DNA of 64,000 bases from Phaeosaccion multiseriatum (taxonomy: Eukaryota; Protista; Ochrophyta, other classes). Each line of letters begins with the position of its first letter. The first letter of the stretch is position 1. Of the stretch, positions 1-14,440 are shown in pieces. The stretch lies in the NCBI GenBank assembly GCA_965112735.1, contig OZ218951.1, positions 5,270,001-5,334,000 on the forward strand, given 5' to 3'. The notes under the pieces are model-generated. The model searched no databases. It had not been told where the DNA came from and saw only the letters and a program-made list of their open reading frames with translations. The position numbers and the translations under genes were made by a program.

Positions 1-3000
1 CTGCTGCTTGCTCCTCCTCCTCCTCCTCCTCTTGCTGCTGCTGCTGCTGCGATGCCGCAAACGACATGATGTCCAGGCCGCGCCCCTCTCGGGCGGAAGC
101 GCTCATCATGGCCACCACATGGGCAGACTGCAGGCATGGTAGTGCACATGTTGGTTGTAAGGGGAGATCACAGTTGGCCGTGTGGGTTGGTGGATGGTGG
201 TAGCAAGGAGAAGGAACTGGTTTGTGAAGCCCTCGAAACGTAACTGCCGATACGCACACGGATAGAGAGCTCCGCCCTGCTCTGTCTCTCTCTCTATCCC
301 CCTACCAATCTCTTCCTCCCTGCCTCCCTGCCTCCCTCCCTCCCTCCCTCCCTCCCTCACTCTCTCTCCCCCTCCCTCCCCCTCCCTCCCTCCCTCCCTC
401 CCTCCCTCCCTCCCTCCCTCCCTCCCTCCCTCCCTCTCCTTCTCCCCCCCTGTCCTCTGGCTATTTGGAAGCACTGCTACTGCCCTACGAACCTTGCAAC
501 AGTCGAGGCAATCCACAGGGGCGGCCTTCTCTCCCCGCACCACCGATACAAAATCGGCAATCTCATCCTCAAAGGCCTGGCGAGCGGCCGGGCGGGGTGG
601 GGTGGGGAAGGGAGGGAGTGCGGTATCAGAGTTATGCACAGAAAGAGAGATGGAGTCAAGCTGGAGCAGTGTTTGGAAGCGGATCATGTGCGTGCATATA
701 TATAATATATATATATAATTACTTCGAAGTATAACTAATATATATATATAAAGAATGTACTATTACTAGCTCACGCACACACACACCTGTCCGAATCGCT
801 CTGGGAAGGAGTGGTCGGGTCTGTCGCGCCTCTGCCCATGGGCAGTGGAGGCGACGACGTCGGTGCGGTGTTTATTATCGATCTGAAGCATACCCTTGTC
901 GCCCAGAACCTGGTGTCAGGAAAGGAGGAGGAGGGGGAGGAGGAGGAGGAGGACGACGAGGAGGAGGAGGAGGAGGAGGAGGAGGGGGAAGGAGGAGGAG
1001 TGAGCGTGAGAGGGGGGAGGAGAAGGAGTATGACTTTGTGACTTTGTAGCCTGATGGAGAGGCCTCTATTGCTCTGTGTAGAGGGCCGTTTCCTTGGGCA
1101 TATGGGCATATGCACCACGCACGTACGCACCTCCACCCGATTGTCATAGCCATAAGCCGACGCTCGACCGAGCTCGAAGGACACCACCGCTCCTGCAGAT
1201 CAAAAGGCGGCCAGTCCGTCGGTCGGCCAGTCCGTCGGTCGGCCAGTCCGTCGGTCGGCCAGTCGGTCAGTCAGTCAGTCAGTCAGTCAGTCAGTCAGGG
1301 TCAACGAAGCGAACGAGAAGATGGCGACCTCATTCCCTCTTCCTTCCTTCCTTCCTTCCTTCCTTCCTTCCTTCCTTCCTTCCTTCCTTCCTTCTCCCTC
1401 TCCCTCCCTCCCTCCCTCCCTTCCTCCCTTCCTTCCTTCCTCGCTCCCTCCCCCCTTGCTTTCCCTTCCGTGACATTGAGTACCTGAGGGGAAGGTCAGT
1501 AACGCGTGCGCTGCATCGGCCACGCCTGCCCTTCGCAGCTCTGGATTGCGCGATGAAGCAATGGAAAACACTGAAACACACGCATTCACGCACCCACAGT
1601 ATGAGTTTGCAGGCGATGGCAGCAGGGCGGGGGGGAGAGGGTAGGGACATGCAGATGAGGACGAGGGAGTGGGAAGAAGAGGGGGAGAGAGAAGAAGACG
1701 ATAAAAGGAGTAGATACAGAACCAGCGCTGGCTGGCTGGCTGCCTGTTTGGCTCGGTCGTGGCTCGGCCACTCCATTCCTCACCGTGGCAAGGCTCCTCC
1801 TGCAGCAGCCACAACACGTAGTCTACGTCGTGCACGGCCAGATCTGTGAAAATGTCCCCCCCCTGAGACACAAGGCCGGCAACACGCACACACATACACA
1901 CACAGCACACACACATGCATACACCACACACATACATATGTACATACATACATACATACACAAAACACAGAGAGATTTACACAACGAACCAACCCAACCC
2001 ACCTACCCGACCCAAGCAAGCAAGCAACCAACAGAACAAAAGCAACCAAACAACATCATACGAGCCAACCCAACAACCAGCCAACCAGCCAACCAGCCAA
2101 CCAACCTGCAGAAGAAAGTCCATCTCCGGCGTGGGATGGTCCCTAAAGGTGCAGCGAACAGATGTAACCGCCCCAAGCCGCCCGCCAAGCACCTCACTGG
2201 CCAGGGCCGTGTAGGAGGGATCTATCCTCCTCTGGAAGCTGCAATAGAGCTCCACCCCCGCCGCCGCACACACCGCATATGCCTCCTGCCGAGGCAGGGT
2301 GAGGGTGAGGGTGAGGACGACGGCGAGAGTGAGGGTGGGGGTGAGGGTGAGGATGAGAGGAAGGGGAAGGGGAAGAGCAGGAGGTTCGGGGTCGGGGTCA
2401 GGGTCAGAATCAGGGCCAGGGTGCGTGTGAGGGTGATGCTCTCGCTCTCCTTCTCTCTCTCTCTCTTCCACCACCTTTATACTCTCTCTTACATCTTCTC
2501 CCTCTCCCCCCTCACTGTTGCTCTCTCCCGCACTCTCTCCCACCTCCCACCTGAATACCCTCTACGTCTGTAGTGATGGGCTTTTCCACCCCCACATGCT
2601 TGCCCGCCTCTGCGGCCATTCGAATCAGCTCCATGTGCGACGGGGTCGGGGCTGCGATCCACACGGCGTCAAAGGTGGAGGGCTTGTTGCTGGGTGTATC
2701 GCTGGGCTCGGCAGTAGCAGGGGAGACGGAGGAGGAGGAGGAGGAGGAGGAGGGGCGCTGCTGGGCATCTATGTACAGGGCCTCCTCCAGGCTGGATAAG
2801 CCGTCGCAACCGAACTTCGAGCCGAAGCTGGCTGCATAGTCCAGGCTATGTGTCTGCGTGTGCGGGGGTTGGAGGGGCAGGGGGGCGCGAGAGGGAACTC
2901 CCGTGTGAGCGGTGGTTGTTTTCATGAGGGGGGGTTGAGGTGGGTTCGTGTACTGCTTGTTGAGGAGTGGGGCCGTTCTCCACTTCTTTACTGAAGGGAG

Positions 3001-3356
3001 GGGTTGGAGCAGCGCTTGCACGTACATCTACTACGCTGGCCAGCCTGCAGTCCAGATTGGAGTACACGGCTTGGGCTCGAATGACACCCATGCGCCCAGC
3101 ACCGACCTGTGCATGAGAGTGGCGCAAGGAGAAGAGGCCGGAGAAAGAAGGGGGAGGGAGGATTTGAGAGAGGGGAGAGGAGGAGGAGGAGGAGGAGGAG
3201 ACGGAGGAGATCTCTTACCACGCATACTCCAAGCGGCTCTTCTCGGCGGGAAGCTCTTCCAGTAGTGAAGTGTAGTGCGGCGCTGCTCCTCTTCCGGCGT
3301 GTCCTTGCAATTGCCACTGGTGCCGTAGCCAGCCGTCGGAGGAGGTGATGCGGCAT
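1..3356 (-). CDS. iolG: Gfo/Idh/MocA oxidoreductase, myo-inositol 2-dehydrogenase-like; multi-exon; C-terminus runs off the window start
   Basis: Spliced exons give LGVCVVGAGRMG (Rossmann fold), DAVWIAAPTPSH, GKHVGVEKP, SFQRRIDP, FRDHP, GGDIFTDLAVHDVD, RASAYGYDNRVEVLGDKG, SFPERF and AFEDEIADF. ATG at 3356 is followed by an Arg-rich, mitochondrial-presequence-like N-terminus. Introns are GT-AG. Confidence 0.88.
1208..1440. repeat. Intronic compound repeat: 16-bp CGGCCAGTCCGTCGGT x3, (TCAG)n, (CCTT)n
   Basis: Directly visible tandem units in an intron of the oxidoreductase gene. Confidence 0.9.
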
Positions 3357-3582
3357 CTGAGGATGTATCCTTCTACGTGCAAATATAAACAGGGAAGCCA
3401 CAAAGGGTTGAAGGAAAAAAAAAAGTTGAAAAAGGGGGATGGCACTGGATGGCACCTAACCCACCTTCAACCATTTTTTCCATTTGGCACCCGCTTGCTG
3501 TTGCTTGCATACCACCGCCTTGCCTGCTGCTGAGACTGTCCATCTCTACTCTGTGTGCTCAGCTCGATCGCTCATATCAATC
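3357..3582. promoter_or_regulatory. Putative bidirectional promoter (oxidoreductase / thiolase)
   Basis: 226-bp gap between divergent ATGs with poly(dA:dT) tracts. Confidence 0.6.
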
Positions 3583-6707
<3,125 letters not shown>

Positions 6708-7569
6708 TGGGATGGTAGTGGATGGTAGTGCATGGAGATGAGAGCCCACCTACGCTCGGAGCGTGGTGGGATGGCAGTGGATGGGGATGGGGATGCGAAC
6801 CAAGAACCACAGCACCCACGGCTCGAAACGCTGAAGCAAGCTGACAAGCTGAGGAGCTGATGACGGACAGAAGCTAAAGGCATGACGCACACGCACGCAC
6901 GCACACGCACGCACGCGCACGCACACACTCAAGCGCGCGCGCGCACCCTCACCGCCCCTCTTTCTCTCTCTCCTCTCTCCCTGAGCTGAAGTTATCTGAG
7001 CGGGGCTACAAGTATGGAGCCTCTGTAAGAAGGAGGGGGTGATGGGATTTTTGGCTGCAGGGGGGGGGTGCAGCGAGGTCTAAGTCTACAGCTGCGGGGT
7101 ACGAGGTTGACGGTTACGTGATGCGAAACTGGTACACGCTCTACTATGGAGATGAAGGCAGTTTTGAGGGCACCGGGGGGGGGAGGGGGAGGGGGAGGGG
7201 ATGGCAGTGGATGGAAGGTGTAAGTATATGGGTAGAAGGACTGATTTCGAGCAGTGGTGGGCGGGGTGTGTGGAGGATGGGTGGAAGGATGCGGAGAGAC
7301 TGAGCGAAGTAATAGTCTCATTGTTCAAGAGACTGAGCGATGTACAATGGTGTGGTCTCATTATTCGATGAGTACTTTGTATCGATCGTAGAGACAAGAG
7401 TGAGAGAGAGAGAGAAGAGGTAGTCCGGCATCTCGGGCCATTTGTGTGGGCAAAAGGGGAAAGCGAGGTGGCGTGAACATAACTTTCAGGGGCAAACACA
7501 AATTAAAAAAAAATAAACAACTTTACCTATCTACTACCTGTGCACGTACCCACCTACCCACCTACCCAC

Positions 7570-10500
7570 CTACCAACCGGCTTCGCTACCACTGCTGCTT
7601 TCCCCATCCGAGTACTCATAATTAAAGTCCGGAATGACGCACTCCTCTGAGCCCGCCAGCAGGGGGGCTCGAGCGAGGCGAGCAGCGTCCGCTCGCAAGC
7701 CTCGACGCAGAGTCGAATCCAACACCGCCTGAGTGCGCTGCCAGCCCTGCAGGGGAGCAGATGGTGAAACTGCAGCCGTGGGTGGTACTCGAGCCGTGGA
7801 CGATACTGCAGCAGCGTGGTCCTCGTCGTTCTCGTCCTCTTGCTCGCCCACAAACAGGCCAAAGTCGGCAGCGGCAGCGGCTACAACCCTCTCCCCATCA
7901 GCACTGCCAAGGGTGGCGGTTACGGCGGTTACGGTGTCACAGTGTATCGCAGCGCTTTCGCTACAAAGCAAGTCACCGTTGCTACTGCTGCCACTACCAG
8001 CGTCTCCTGTGCCTGCTGTGTCTCCTCCTGCGCCGTCCTTGCTGCACGCCCAACCCACCTTCTTCGACCCTGATGCGCCCCCTCTCAAACCCCTCTTTGC
8101 TCCACAGCTTGTCCTGCCACTGTTACTCCTGTTGGTTCGTGCAGCAGCCCCCCCCCCCCCTCCAGCAGCCGTTGTTGCATACTGTTGTCTGCTGCCCTTC
8201 TTCTTACTCCTGCTGCCGGTGCCACCGCCGCTACCGCTGTAGTTTTGTAGTCTACTACCGCTCTCACGTAGACTTGGAGTGCCCGCTGCTGACCTAATCA
8301 CACTCTTCAGAGGCGTACCGTCATCCTTGTCGTCGTTGTCGTCAGTGCGTTTGGTGCCATCTTTGTTGCGATGAGTCTGGTGAGACACAATCGCTCCGGC
8401 GGCGGTAGAAGTAGGGGCTCCTCCCTCGGGGGGGCGGAGAGTGCAGGGCCGCTCCAGAGTGCGCATCATGAAGTTGAAGCTCACAGCTGGCGCCTCTTGC
8501 TGCTGCTGGTGTATCACTAACGGCTGTGCCCCCCCCTGCTGCTGACGAGCAGCGTCTGTACCTCTCTCGCCCCACCCGCTGCTTTCCTCTTCGTCGTCCT
8601 CCTCCTCGTTCTCACCACCACCACCACCACCACCACCACCACCAGCAGCCCCTCCCTCCACGCCCATCCGCAGCGTTGCTCCCCCGTCCACTGCCATCCC
8701 GTCCCACTGCAGCGGAGGACCGAGTGGGTACTTGCGCCGCTGCCCCTTGGGACCCGTGCGTGCTGCCGCCCCGTGCGCACCGGTGTCACGGGACAACACC
8801 ACCCGCTCGGATTCCACTGCCACAGCAGCAGCAGCAGCAGAAGAAGCAGCCGCAGCAGTTGGTGATGCAGCAGTTGGTGATATAGCAGCGGCATTGTAAG
8901 GGTCAAGGGCCGCACTCGTCTCTGCTCCTCCGACTACCCCTCCAACTACGCCTGAGCCTAAACTGGCGCTGTTTTTGAGTCGACTGATATGCCAGGGTAT
9001 CACCTCTTCCAGGCAAGCAGTGCTGCAGAGCATACCCCGGAGGTCTTCGTTCCCCGCAGTCAGATACATTGCACGGCGGTCGGTGACGCGTGGCTTGGGG
9101 CGAGAGAGTCGCTCTAGTCGATCGCTCACGCCACGCACACGCACACGCAACTGGGGACAGGATGCGTGCTGCTGCTGCTGCTGCTGCTCCTCCTTATGAC
9201 GGTGCCTCTTCTTCGGCTTGCTCTTCTCACCATCGCTCTTGGTTTCTGCTCCCCTCACCGCCCAGCTCACTCCTCCTCGAGTACCTTCTTCCTCCTCGAC
9301 TCCGAAACCGTCCTTCCCCTTCCCCTTCCCCTTCCCCTTCCCCTTCCCCTTCCCCTTCCCCTTCCCCTTCCCCTTCGCCTCCTTCGCCCCCCGCACGCTG
9401 CCGGGCCTTTCCCTCTCCTCCTCGTTCTTCTTCCTCCTATTATTTTCCTTCCTCTCCCTCTCCCTCTCCTCCTCCTTCGTCTTGTTGAGCTCCCTCTCCC
9501 TCTCCTCTTCCTTCCTGCTGTTCATCTCCCTCTGCAGTGCAAAGAGCGTTCTCTGCGACTCCGCACGGCAAAGCAGGGCTTTTCGCTCACGCGCTATCAC
9601 GGCATCCTCCTGGGAAGGGGTGAGAAGTGGAGGTGTATGGGCAGGGGAAGGGGTGAGAAGTGGAGGTGCATGGGCAGGGCACAAGGGGTGAGAAGTGGAG
9701 GCATATGGGCAGGGCACACACATACATGCAAAAACGTGCGCGCAACCAACCGCACCTGCTGCAACCGATCTAGTGTGAGACAGAGAGCCTCGTGATCGCG
9801 CTTGATGGAGATTGACGGAACGACGTTGTCCAGTCGATCCTCGGGTGTAAAGTACAGGGTCGTCCAGATGGCCCCCTCCTTCTTGTAAAAGTTCCAGTCC
9901 TATGGGGGTGGGTGACGCGTACGGGAGAGGAGGAGGGTATGAGAGAGCGGGCGGGGTGTAGGTGAGGATGAGTGGAGGGTACTGGAGGGGGAGGGGAACG
10001 CGATTGGGATTAGGCGCGCCCACACACGCACCTTCTTGAGCGGCCTTTGGTGCGGAATGTGATTCTCGGCACACGTGCGCACGGGATAGGGCACCGTCTC
10101 CGGCACTCTGTTTCTGCGACTGGGTGGCACTGCGGCACCTCGCTGCTGCCTCGCGCACTCCTCGCAGCTCTCTTCACTATCACTATTATCACTACCACAT
10201 CCATCACGGTTGTCGCGGCCTCCATCGCCCCCCCCGACCCCCCCCGCCCTCTCTCCTCCTCCTTCTCCTCCTCCTCCACCGCCGGTGTCGTCGTCGTCTT
10301 TCTCCCTCTTTCCGGAAGCCTCCTTCCCCCCCGACACTTTCTTCATTGTGCGGCACCACGGCCCGAGAGCTTCCCGAGCAGGGCCCAGTATCTTCTCCAC
10401 CTCCTCGAGGTTGCTGTTCTGGCGGTGCGTGAAGGCGTGTCGCTGCGCCTGTCGTCGGTTAATTTGCACCCGTATACGTGCCCGCTCCTTGTGCTCCTGC

Positions 10501-10973
10501 TGCCTCTGCTTCTCTCGCTGGTGCTTGTCGTAGTCTTCCATGAGGTTGCGCTGATAGAGATACTTCTTCTTGCCGGATTCGTTTCTTCCTCCTCCTCCTC
10601 CTCCTCCTGCTGCTGCTGCTGCTGCGGCTGCCGTTTCCTCTCCTCTCGTCCGAGTGGTTGGAAGGACGGCATGGTGCTGTCGATTGCAGTTGTGGCTGTC
10701 CGCGAGAGGGTGCTTGCATGCTGATGAGCTGGAGGAGCCAGTGCTTACAGTTTGTTTCCTGAGCGCCTGCTGCTGCCGGTGCGGCTCCTGTGGCAGGCCT
10801 CGTTCCAGCTCCATCCTTGTCTTCGGTACCACCTTGCCATCGTCCGCTCTTGTGCGCGTCGTCGCCGTGTTCGGCCTCCTCCTCTGCTTGCCGCCGGCAC
10901 CCAGAGGGGCGGAACTGGGGCGGCGCGAACTACCACCACTTGTTGCCGCTGCCGGCCTCGCGCCCCCTTGCAT
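7570..10973 (-). CDS. Large low-complexity hypothetical protein, about 3 exons, possibly ciliary
   Basis: ATG at 10973. Exons ~10973-10032, ~9899-9756 (DWNFYKKEGAIWTTLYF...) and ~9610-7570 join in frame via GT-AG introns. Contains coiled-coil segments and RLERLSRPKP. No family recognised; the 3' end is uncertain. Confidence 0.6.
9615..9717. repeat. Intronic minisatellite, three 33-35-bp units (AAGGGGTGAGAAGTGGAGG..ATGGGCAGGG)
   Basis: Units start near 9615, 9648 and 9683, next to the minus-strand acceptor at ~9611. Confidence 0.9.
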
Positions 10974-11347
10974 CCTTCGCTAAGGGTGTTACAAAGGTGT
11001 GTTCCCCTATGGTCTTCTTCTATCCCCAAGCTGGGGAAGGAAGAAGGCCGATATCGAAGGCCCATGCCCGAGTCAAAATCTCGAAACGCCAGTTTCAGTT
11101 TCAAGTCCCAACTATCCGTTTGCCAGGGAAGCCCCCCGTGCTTTCAAAGGAAAAAAAAGGACAGCAGCACACAGTGGTACAATAGAAAAGAAGCGGCAGA
11201 AGAAGCAGCAGAAGAAGTAGAAGAAGTAGCAGAACTAGCGAGTCAAGCAGCTGAAGCTCTGTAATTATCACAGAGACCTCCGACTCAGCTGCGGGAGAGC
11301 GAGAGGTGCGAGGAGGTGGGGCGTTTGTAGTTGGATAAAGACCAAAC

Positions 11348-13656
11348 ATGTCGGTGGCCATGAATGAGCTCCGCGACTACGTGTGTGCCCAGGACCACCT
11401 GGCGTACTCACGCCTTCCCGACGGGGTTGTGAGCATCACGGTGAGCCACTCCAACCTGGCCAACCAGTTCATCGAGCTCAAGTTCGACAAGGCGCAACTC
11501 ATCGGAGATATTAAGGCCCGCCTGCATCTTCACGTGGGCACGAGTGCGGGCATGATGCAGCTGGTGCTCAAGTCGGGAGGAGAGCTGGTAAGCAGCTGGT
11601 GGTTGGGGGGGGGCGAAGGCGGCCGAAGGCTTTGGGCTGCAGGGGCTGGGTGTTGAGAGTGGCGAGAGAGAGTGAGAGAGAGAGAGAGAGAGCGGGGGGC
11701 TGGGGTTGAAGATTGCTCCACAAGCGGCTTGGGGAAATGCTCCGTTTTCCCACCTGCAGCCCCCTGCCCTTCTGCATCCCTTCCCCCCAGCCCGTTGCCC
11801 CTTCTCCTTCGTCTCTTGCCAGCACCTTCCCAAGCCCCCCTCCACCTACCGCTGCCTGCCTCTGACTCTACGGTCGCGCCCTTTGCTGCTATCTCTCCCA
11901 TCTCCCGCACCAAGGTATGTCGTATGGACGACGATAGCAAGATGCTGGGCTACTACGGAGTGGAGAGTGGCATGGAGATCCACGTCATCGACAATGACCC
12001 CTTTTCCCTGTCCAAGGGGGGAGGGTTGGAGGATGTGAACCAAGTCAAGAAGTACAGGATGTCGGAGGAGGATTACGACAAGAGGTGAGGGAAGGGGGGG
12101 GTAGGCAGTAAGGGGAGGAGGCAGAGCGGGAGATTGGCGGGCGAATGGATGGATGGATGAAAGGGCCGGTGCCCCTTCATCCATCCATCCCTCCTCCCTG
12201 CGCGCCAAATGGGGCCTTCCCCTTCCTCCCTGTGGGTTTGGGACATTCCTTCACAGTATTGTAGTGTTTGGATGAATTCAACGAACAAGCAAGTACACAC
12301 ACACCTTGGCCTTTCATCCCCTCTCTCCTCCTCTCGCCCTCCCCTCTCTCTTGGAATGTATGTGTGTCCACTGGAGAGAGAGAGATAGAGAGAACGCGTG
12401 ATGTCAACATAACGGCCTACTTCTTACAGACCGATCTAAGCACCCTCCTCCGCCCCCCCCTCCGGCCCCCCCCCTCTCTCTCTCTCTGCCTTCACAGAGA
12501 GGGCACCCTGCGGTCGTGGATCAAGGAGCAGAAGGCCAAGGACCCCAACTGGGTGGAGCCCTGGAACAAGAAGGAAGGGGGAGACCCCGAGGAAGAGGTG
12601 CGTGTGTTGCTTCTCTCTCTATCCCCATCTCTTTTCCTCTCCTTGTCACTCTCTCTCTCTCTCTCTCTCTCTTCCTCCCTCGTATTCCTCTCTCTCGTTA
12701 CCCTCTATCTCTTACCTCTTTCTGTCTCTCTGTGTGTGTGTGTGCATGCGTGCGTGTGCGTGCCTGTGTCACCTCTCATATCTCTTCAGCAACGGCGACA
12801 GCAGCAACAGGGGCCTCCCCCCGGACCGGAGAGCGTGGAGGGGATGGCGGTGGGTAATCGCTGTGAAGTGCAGCCCGGGGCAAGGAGAGGGCAAGTCATG
12901 TTCCTTGGAGAGGTGAGTCAATAGAAAGGGGCAGGGAGGGATGGGTGGATGGGTGGATGGATAGATAGGTCGATGGGTGGATGGGTGGATGGGCGGACTC
13001 GATGGATGGATGGATGGATGGAGTGGTCTCTCCTCCTTCTCCGAGAGGATCGAAGGCGCTGTGCAGTGTTGCCTGTATATCATTTCGCAGCGCTCGCTCG
13101 CTCCTATGCAGTTTGTTGGTTGTTCTTGTCTGGCTGCTGCTGCCTGTGTTGACCCCCCCCCCCCCCTCCCTGGTGCCTGGTGTCAGGTGGAGGGCATGCA
13201 CCCCGGCTACTGGGTGGGGGTGAGGTTCGATGAGCCCGTAGGCAAGAGCAACGGCACAGTCAAGGGGAAGGTGATTTTCAACTGTCCCGAACGAATGGGC
13301 GGGTTCATCAGGCCCAAGAACGTAGAGGTGAGGAGGGCGGGTATCGTCACCAGCTAGGCGAGGAGGAGGAGGAGGAGGAGGAGAGAGAGGAGGAGGGGGG
13401 GGAGGAGAGGGAGGAGGAGAGGGAGGAGGAGGAGGAGGAGGTGGAGGAGCAGGAACAGGAGCAGGAGATAAGTAGTGGTTGGAGAAGTATCGGTTGCAGC
13501 TGTAGTGCCAGTCGTAGCAGTGTCCAGGCCACTGTTGTACTCGCCTTTGTTATTTCCCACTCTCTCATTTCCTCTCTTCTGCCCGTCCAACAGGTTGGCG
13601 ACTACCCGGAGAAGGACATCATGGACGAGCTGGAGAGTGACGAGGAGGAGATGTAA
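11348..13656 (+). CDS. TBCB: Tubulin-folding cofactor B (ubiquitin-like + CAP-Gly), 6 exons
   Basis: UBL part: ...IKARLHLHVGTS...LGYYGVESGMEIHVID. Linker: VKKYRMSEEDYDKR|EGTLR. CAP-Gly: GYWVGVRFDEPVGKSNGTVKG. C-terminus: VGDYPEKDIMDELESDEEEM*. Exons ~11348-11587, 11915-12084, 12498-12597, 12790-12912, 13187-13327, 13594-13656. Confidence 0.95.
12147..12190. other. Intronic hairpin, 20-bp stem built from (GGAT)n/(ATCC)n
   Basis: GGATGGATGGATGAAAGGGC, loop CGGT, GCCCCTTCATCCATCCATCC (one mismatch). Confidence 0.85.
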
Positions 13657-14440
13657 GGGAAACTCTCTCTCTTCTCTCTCTCTCTGTCTCTTTGGCCTTG
13701 GAGCCTTGGGCAAGCAAACACCGATCTAGAAAGTACAGGTGTGCGCAGGTGGGTATGTACTCTGGCAAAGGCACTTACTCAAGCGCGAGCTGGGAACAGT
13801 GTAGTGGCGATCGAGCGCCGTCTGGCCGCGGACAGGCAGCATTTTGCGTCACAGAGCGCGTTGGACCTGATGCGGGGCACTGACCGTCTCTTTGGCAAGG
13901 AAGGGAGGCTGAAGGTGTCGCCGAGAGAGGTTAGCCCTGAGGTGCTGCAGGAGGTGGCGGAGGAGATGGCATGAGAGGGAAGCAACCCCTCCCGTCCTTC
14001 CCACACACACACACACACTTTCGGTTTCTTAGATGATTCCTATTAAGTCAGCAAAACGCCCCCGGGTCCGATATAGATGATTCTTACTATGTCAGTAAAA
14101 CCCCCCTGGGTCCTGTCTGTCAGAGCTGCTGCCCGCTCCGCCCTCCGCCCCGTGTCTGCTTCCTACCTGCTCTCTTACCCTCTCTCCACTTTTCCAAGCC
14201 CTTCTTCTCACCATGCAGAGGGCATACAGCGACGAGGTGAGGGAGTGTTTCCGTTAGTGGCATTGTGGAAAGGACTCAGCAGCTTCTTGTCTTCGTGTAG
14301 TCTTCCGTGATGCTCTGCTCCCTCTGTGTTCCTCTTTTCTCACCATCTTTCTTGTGACCTTCCTTTCTTCCTACACCTTTCGGTCGTCCTTCTTTATCCA
14401 CGGCGCCAACACTCCCGTCTGCTTTTGCCCTCCTCCGATA

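Noticed and set aside
6992-7321. Extra final exon of the 7570-10973 gene
   Set aside because: No AG acceptor after the pyrimidine tract at ~7172-7200; cannot be supported.
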